NCBI GenBank assembly: GCA_951406725.2
Contig: OX597839.1
Coordinates: 3,162,001-3,226,000, forward strand
Direction: 5' to 3'
Origin: Octopus vulgaris
Taxonomy: Eukaryota
DNA: 64,000 nucleotides
Under the pieces are notes generated by a model. That model saw nothing but the letters and a program-made list of their open reading frames with translations. It was not told the origin of the DNA and ran no database searches. Made by a program: the position numbers and the translations under genes. The stretch's first letter is position 1, and each line of letters begins with the position of its first letter. Of this stretch, positions 58,199-64,000 are shown piece by piece.

Positions 58199-58975
58199 AC
58201 ACATATATATATGCATGTGTGTTGGTGTTGTACATATATTCACATGTATACACGGTATATACACAAGTATATATCCGTGCGTGTCTGTTGGAGGATGCTG
58301 TACCTATATATTCACAAATCAACAATGGAAAGAAAACAAGTAAAAATAAAAAACAAAAACACGCACTAAAGCTCATCACCTCTGGGGTTTCCTTATGATT
58401 AACTGCTTTCCATAACAATAATAAGAAAGAAAGCAAACAACAAACAACGATCGTGTTTCGTCGCTGTATACTTTACATATGGTCATTGAAGGTTTAACTT
58501 GATTGCGTTCTATACTGGTACATTCTAATTGTTTGTTTGGGCTTATATTTTCTTTTGTTTTGATATACTTATATTTCTTACATAAAATTGTTTGTGCTCG
58601 GCCTTGTCTTGTTTTAGTTTGTGTAATATTTTTGATAATTGTTTTCACCATTTTTTTACATGATTCTGTATTTTCTTTTTTGTTTTTTGTTTTGACTTGT
58701 TTTGCATATATTTCAATTTTTTTGATGTTGTTTCATTATTTTCTATTTTTTTCCTTTATGGTCTTTCTTTCTATTGTTCGGTCTTACGGTCTACAGTTAC
58801 TGTTACGAAGACATGATAGATGTGTTGTATGTTTGCATAGATGCATAGTGCTATATATGTATGTATACAGCCCCATAAATTGGTTTCATGCTTGGGATGC
58901 ATGAATAATTTGACCTCCGATACATAGTAGGGTCTTTATTTTAATTTTTTTTTATAAATATCACTTTATATAAGT

Positions 58976-59238
58976 TGTTGTGTCTGGGGAGAGTCATTTT
59001 CTTTTTGTGCCTTATAATTTATACTCACCGGCAAAATTTCCACTTTTTTCTTATTTTTATTGTCCCAAAATTTTCATTGCGTCTTGCAAACTTTTCAGTA
59101 GTTTCAAAACTATTGAAAAGGTTGCAAGACGCAACGAAAATTTTAGGTCAATAAAAATAAGAAAATAGTGGAAATTTTACCGGTGAGTGTGTTAAATTAT
59201 AAGGCACAAAAAGAAAATGACTCTCCCCAGACACAACA
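58976..59238. repeat. Fold-back (about 130-bp arms) with a hammerhead motif at the apex
   Basis: The arms meet at about 59104-59106. Confidence 0.9.
59110..59146 (+). ncRNA. Minimal hammerhead with U3-A8 core at the apex of a fold-back
   Basis: cta TTGAAAA g GTTGC-aagac-GCAAC GAA AATT T tag. A mirrored degenerate copy lies at about 59065-59101 (-). Confidence 0.55.
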
Positions 59239-59552
59239 GAATATGCTTCAACACACGAACTCATATAAAGAATCTTGCAAACCAAATCCAAAAACGAAAC
59301 TTTATATAAGATTAACTTCTTAAAAAAAAGGTTTTTCAATGTCAACTTCCGGTACTGACGTAGCAAAGGCGGCTTGACGTAGCTACTGTGACTATCTAGC
59401 TAGCTATGTATGTGTTCGCTTTTCTCGCGAAAATGGTTGCACGAATTAGTACTATATTTGGCAGGCACGTTCTCTATCTAACTTCTCACTGTGCTTCCTC
59501 TCTTTCTATCTCTTACTCCATTATTCTGTCAACCACTCTTTATACCGTTTAC

Positions 59553-59786
59553 CTATTTCTTTACTACCCACAAGGGGATAAACACAGAGGGGACAAACAA
59601 GGACAGACAAACGGATTAAGTCGATTACACCGACCCCAGTGCGTAAATGGTACTTAATTTATCGACCCCGAAAGGATGAAAGGCAAAGTCGGCCTCGGCG
59701 GAATTTGAACTCAGAACGTAACGGCAGACGAAATACGGCTACGCATTTCGCCCGGCGTGCTAACGTTTCTGTCAGCTCGCCGCCTT
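59553..59786 (-). mobile_element. SINE family A, full length
   Basis: Matches the family. Confidence 0.9.
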
Positions 59787-59968
59787 TGTGTAGTGTTTAC
59801 CGTTGTACCAAAATAATTATTACAGCTACTTTCATTCTTTACAATCTTCTGTACATAGTTTGTTTGATTCGAAAATTAGAACACTGGTCCAGATGTTTGT
59901 ATAAATATGGGGGGGAGGGGCTGGGTGTGTGCGTGTGTGTATATAAATATACGCATATAAATATACGA

Positions 59969-60003
<35 letters not shown>

Positions 60004-60167
60004 AACACCTGCGTGACACCAACATCAACAGGAATACCACCAAGCCCAAACATCATCACCCCGTCGAACACTAAATCCTAATTTCAATAATTGCCGGAAT
60101 CGACATCTCAGTTTGTCTGAAAATAACCATGTATACGTTTATATGCATATATGCATACATACATACA

Positions 60168-60246
<79 letters not shown>

Positions 60247-60247
60247 A

Positions 60248-60292
<45 letters not shown>

Positions 60293-60359
60293 GTATATGC
60301 AAATACACGCTCTTCCTCGTATACATATAAACATAGAATAAATATAAATATGCATGTAT

Positions 60360-60421
<62 letters not shown>

Positions 60422-61126
60422 TGTATGTAAGTATATTATATATGTATATATATATATACATATATTCACACACAGATTCGTATATCATACATATGTGTGT
60501 GCATGTCCGTGTGTTTTGCGAGTGTGTGTGTGAGTGTGTGTGTTTATGTGTGGTGTGTGTGTGTGAGTGTGCTTGTGTGTGCATGTGCGCGCGCGCGTCT
60601 GTGGGTGTGTGTCTAATATGTATCAAACCAGGCGGAAAAATTATTGGAGAAATTTCAAATAGCTTGTTAGCATATCATGGCAACCGTATAATTTCCTATG
60701 AAATTGGTTCGATGAATAAAGATAAATTATCTATTAAGTGTCAGTTTCCGAAATATCGTCAGTCTGCGTCTATTAATTTGTTTTATATCATTGTAATTAT
60801 TATTTATACACTGAGGGGTGGTAACTAGCTAAAATGCGTAGAAAGTTGGATAAAAATGACTTGAAAATTTGTTTTTTTACCTGTCTTTAGTTTCTGAATT
60901 GAAATACAGCCAGATCCTTGTTGGTTTCAACCATTGTTTTGGTATTGCCTTAGTAATGTAATGTGCTAAACTAGTACTAGCAGCGTTGCTTTCATGAAAA
61001 CTTCAAATATGGGACCTTATGAATAAAGGGTTCTTTTTTCCCAGAATTGACAATGCATCACCCAAAAGTGCATTGCGTTATCTAATTAGATTTAAACAAT
61101 GAGCTAACAGAATCGTTAAGCACGCT

Positions 61127-61640
61127 GAGCAAAATGCTTCACGGCATTTCATCTGCCGCTACGTTCTGAGTTCAAATTCCGCCGAGGTCGACTTTGCCTT
61201 TCATCCTTTCGGGGTCGATTAAATAAGTACTAGTTACGCACTGGTGTCGATATAATCGACTTAATCCGTTTGTCTATCCTTGGAGCAAAATGCTTCACGG
61301 CATTTCATCTGCAGCTACGTTCTGAGTTCAAATTCCGCCGAGGTCGACTTTGCCTTTCATCCTTTCGGGGTCGATTAAATAAGTACTAGTTACGCACTGG
61401 TGTCGATATAATCGACTTAATCCGTTTGTCTATCCTTGGAGCAAAATGCTTCACGGCATTTCATCTGCCGCTACGTTCTGATTTCAAATTCCGCCGAGGT
61501 TGACTTTGCTTTTCATCCTTTCGGGGTCGATTAAATAAGTACTAGTTACGCACTGGTGTCGATGTAATCGACTTAATCCGTTTGTCTGTCCTTGTTTGTC
61601 TCCTCTGTGTTTAGCCCCTTGTGGGTAGTAAAGAAATAGG
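61127..61640 (+). repeat. SINE A with a triplicated 156-bp internal unit
   Basis: GAGCAAAATGCTTCACGG at 61127, 61283 and 61439. More SINE A copies follow to about 62210. Confidence 0.9.
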
Positions 61641-62254
61641 CGTTTCATTCGTCTTTATGTTCTGTGTTCAAATTTCGCTGAGGTCGACTTTGCCTTTCAT
61701 CCTTTTGTGGTCGATAAAATAAGTACCACTTGAGAAGTAGGGTCGAACTTCCTGATCTGCGACCAAAAATTGTGAAACCATTATTTAGTTAGTTTAAGGT
61801 GGGAAGATGACAGAATCGTTAGCATGCTGGACAGAAGGCTTAGTGGCGTTTCGTCGATCTCTACGTACTGAATTCAAAAGCTGTCCAGATTATCTGGACA
61901 GCTTTCATCCTGTCGCGTCGTTAAAATAAGTACCAGTTGAAAAATGAGATGGATGCAATCGACTGTCACTCCAGGCGGCGAACTGACAGAAACGTTTGTA
62001 CACCGGACGAAATGCTAAGCGGTATTTCGTTTGTCTTTACGTTCTGAGTTCAAATTAAGTACCAGTCGATAAATTAAGTACCAGTTGTGTATTGGGGTCG
62101 ATCTAATCGACTGACCCCCTCTCGAAAAATTTAGGGCCTTGTGCCTACAGTAGAAAATAATCGACTGTCACTCCACACTCTCAAAATTGCTGACACTGAC
62201 AAAATTTGAAAGCATTATTAGCTAGATCAGTGGTTCTCAAATGGATTCCATATT

Positions 62255-62512
62255 TGTTGGATGAGAATGGCATGAAAAAGCTTCCAAAGCCAAGCCAGTC
62301 ACGAGATAGGATCCCTATTGAACACCTCTAGGGCGTAATGGACAGGATACTTTGTAAAAAGAACAAGACAGTATCTGCAAAAGCCAGATCTTTTGAGATT
62401 GCTGCATGAAACTTTGCAAGAAATTCCGCAAGAGATTATTCATCCGATCAGTAACATACCTAATAGGATCTTTGCATTGAAAAACGCAAAGGTCATGTCT
62501 ACTAAATATTAA
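62255..62512 (+). mobile_element. Tc1 transposase C-terminal fragment
   Basis: PSQSRDRIPIEHL*G (degenerate SPDLNPIEHLW) ... IPNRIFALKNAKVMSTKY*. Confidence 0.85.
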
Positions 62513-62521
62513 ATAATCACA

Positions 62522-62751
62522 AAGCGGCGAGCTGGCAGAAACGTTAGCACGCCGGGCGAAATGCGTAGCCGTATTTCGTCTGCCGTTACGTTCTGAGTTC
62601 AAATTCCGCTGAGGTCGACTTTGCCTTCATCATTTCGGGGTCGATAAATTAAGTACCAGTTACGCACAGGGATCGATGTAATCGACTTAATCCGTGTGTC
62701 TGTCCTTGTTTGTCCCCTCTGTGTTTAGCCCCTTGTGGGTAGTAAAGAAAA
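62522..62751 (+). mobile_element. SINE family A with 18-bp TSD
   Basis: AAATATTAAATA(A/T)TCACA at 62504-62521 and 62752-62769. Confidence 0.9.
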
Positions 62752-62829
62752 AAATATTAAATATTCACATTATAACAATGAATAAATAATTTGAATGTGT
62801 AATTCCAGATTTAAATAAATTTTCATATC

Positions 62830-62871
<42 letters not shown>

Positions 62872-62974
62872 TTGGTGTTTTTCCCCCTCTGCTATCAAAA
62901 TTAAGTTATATTTGCCTCACTCTAGATTTGAGAGCACTCTAATGGATTTCTGCTTTGGAGTTTTTTTTTAAAAT

Positions 62975-63260
62975 GATCGTAAGGTCTTGCGTTTAATTCC
63001 CAGCGAGTCGTTGTGTCCTTGAGCAAGACACTTTATTTCACTTTGCTCCAGTCCACTCAGCTGGCAAAGATGAGTTGTACCTGTAGTTCAAAGAGCCGGC
63101 CTTGTCACTCTTTGTGTCACGCTGAATCTCCCTGAGAACTACGTTAAGGGTACACGGATCTGTGGAGTCCTCAGCCACTTGCACGTTAATTTCACGAGCA
63201 AGCTGTTCCGTTGACCGGATCAGCTGAGACCCTCGTCGTCGTAACCGACCGAATACTCCA
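62975..63260 (+). mobile_element. SINE sharing the family C 3' region
   Basis: The 3' part matches the reverse complement of 760-920. Confidence 0.8.
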
Positions 63261-63296
63261 TATATCTATCTATCTATATATCTATATATATATCTA

Positions 63297-63348
<52 letters not shown>

Positions 63349-63442
63349 ATCCAAACAAGAAAGCACAAAAAAACACAACAACACGAGGACGTGGAACAAA
63401 TATAGTATTATTGGACGCTCAGGAAAGAAGGAAAGAAGGAGG

Positions 63443-63477
63443 GTTTAACGTTTCGAGCGGAGCTCTTCGTCGGAAAC
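63443..63477 (-). ncRNA. Minimal hammerhead motif (CCGACGA, U4C variant)
   Basis: Reverse complement: gttt CCGACGA a GAGC-tcc-GCTC GAA ACGT T aaac. Confidence 0.65.
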
Positions 63478-63873
63478 AGGAGAAGGAAAGATCAAGAGAA
63501 GGGAAGACAGAGGAAAAAAATCGCCAACGGTACACACGAGGAAACATATATATATATATATATGCGTGTGCAGGCATGTGATGCATAGTCACTTACACAC
63601 ACGTATGCGCACACACATGCCCACACATATAAACACACACGCACATACACACACACATACACATATATATGTGTATGTGTGAGCGTGTGTTTGTATTTAT
63701 AAATCTCTATAATCTCTATAAATGTATGTATAGGTCAATTATTTTTAGCGTACGGTTGTAGGTGAACTCCATTGTGTTTATAGAACAATTATGGACTTCA
63801 GAAAGGAATTACACATATATACACACAAATACATACATACTTACATACATGCGTACATACATACATACATACA

Positions 63874-63909
<36 letters not shown>

Positions 63910-63923
63910 GATATATATATACA

Positions 63924-63995
<72 letters not shown>

Positions 63996-64000
63996 CGGGC

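Overview
AT-rich, repeat-saturated eukaryotic DNA with no host protein-coding exon that I can support. The SINE families and the microsatellite load resemble an Octopus/cephalopod genome (inference from recalled repeat families). Almost all ORFs in the supplied track are translations of (TA)n, (TATG)n, (TAGA)n, (CA)n and trinucleotide microsatellites. Recognisable content: three tRNA-headed SINE families (several copies with clear TSDs); CR1-like, Tx1/L1-like and Penelope GIY-YIG retroelement fragments; Tc1/mariner transposase fragments; non-autonomous Helitrons plus a decayed Helitron helicase; hAT and TTAA-type MITEs; and many long inverted repeats. The main finding is about 13 type-I hammerhead-ribozyme motifs (stem I - CUGANGA - stem II - GAA - self-complementary stem III - H - stem I'). 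They belong to roughly ten short elements with no similarity I can see outside the motif, mostly embedded in microsatellites. Several have non-canonical cores (U3-A8 covariation twice, A6U, U4C, A9C), one forms a tandem dimer, and some sit at or near fold-back palindromes. This looks like a diverse Penelope-associated or retrozyme-like system. All structures were read by eye and none has been tested for activity.
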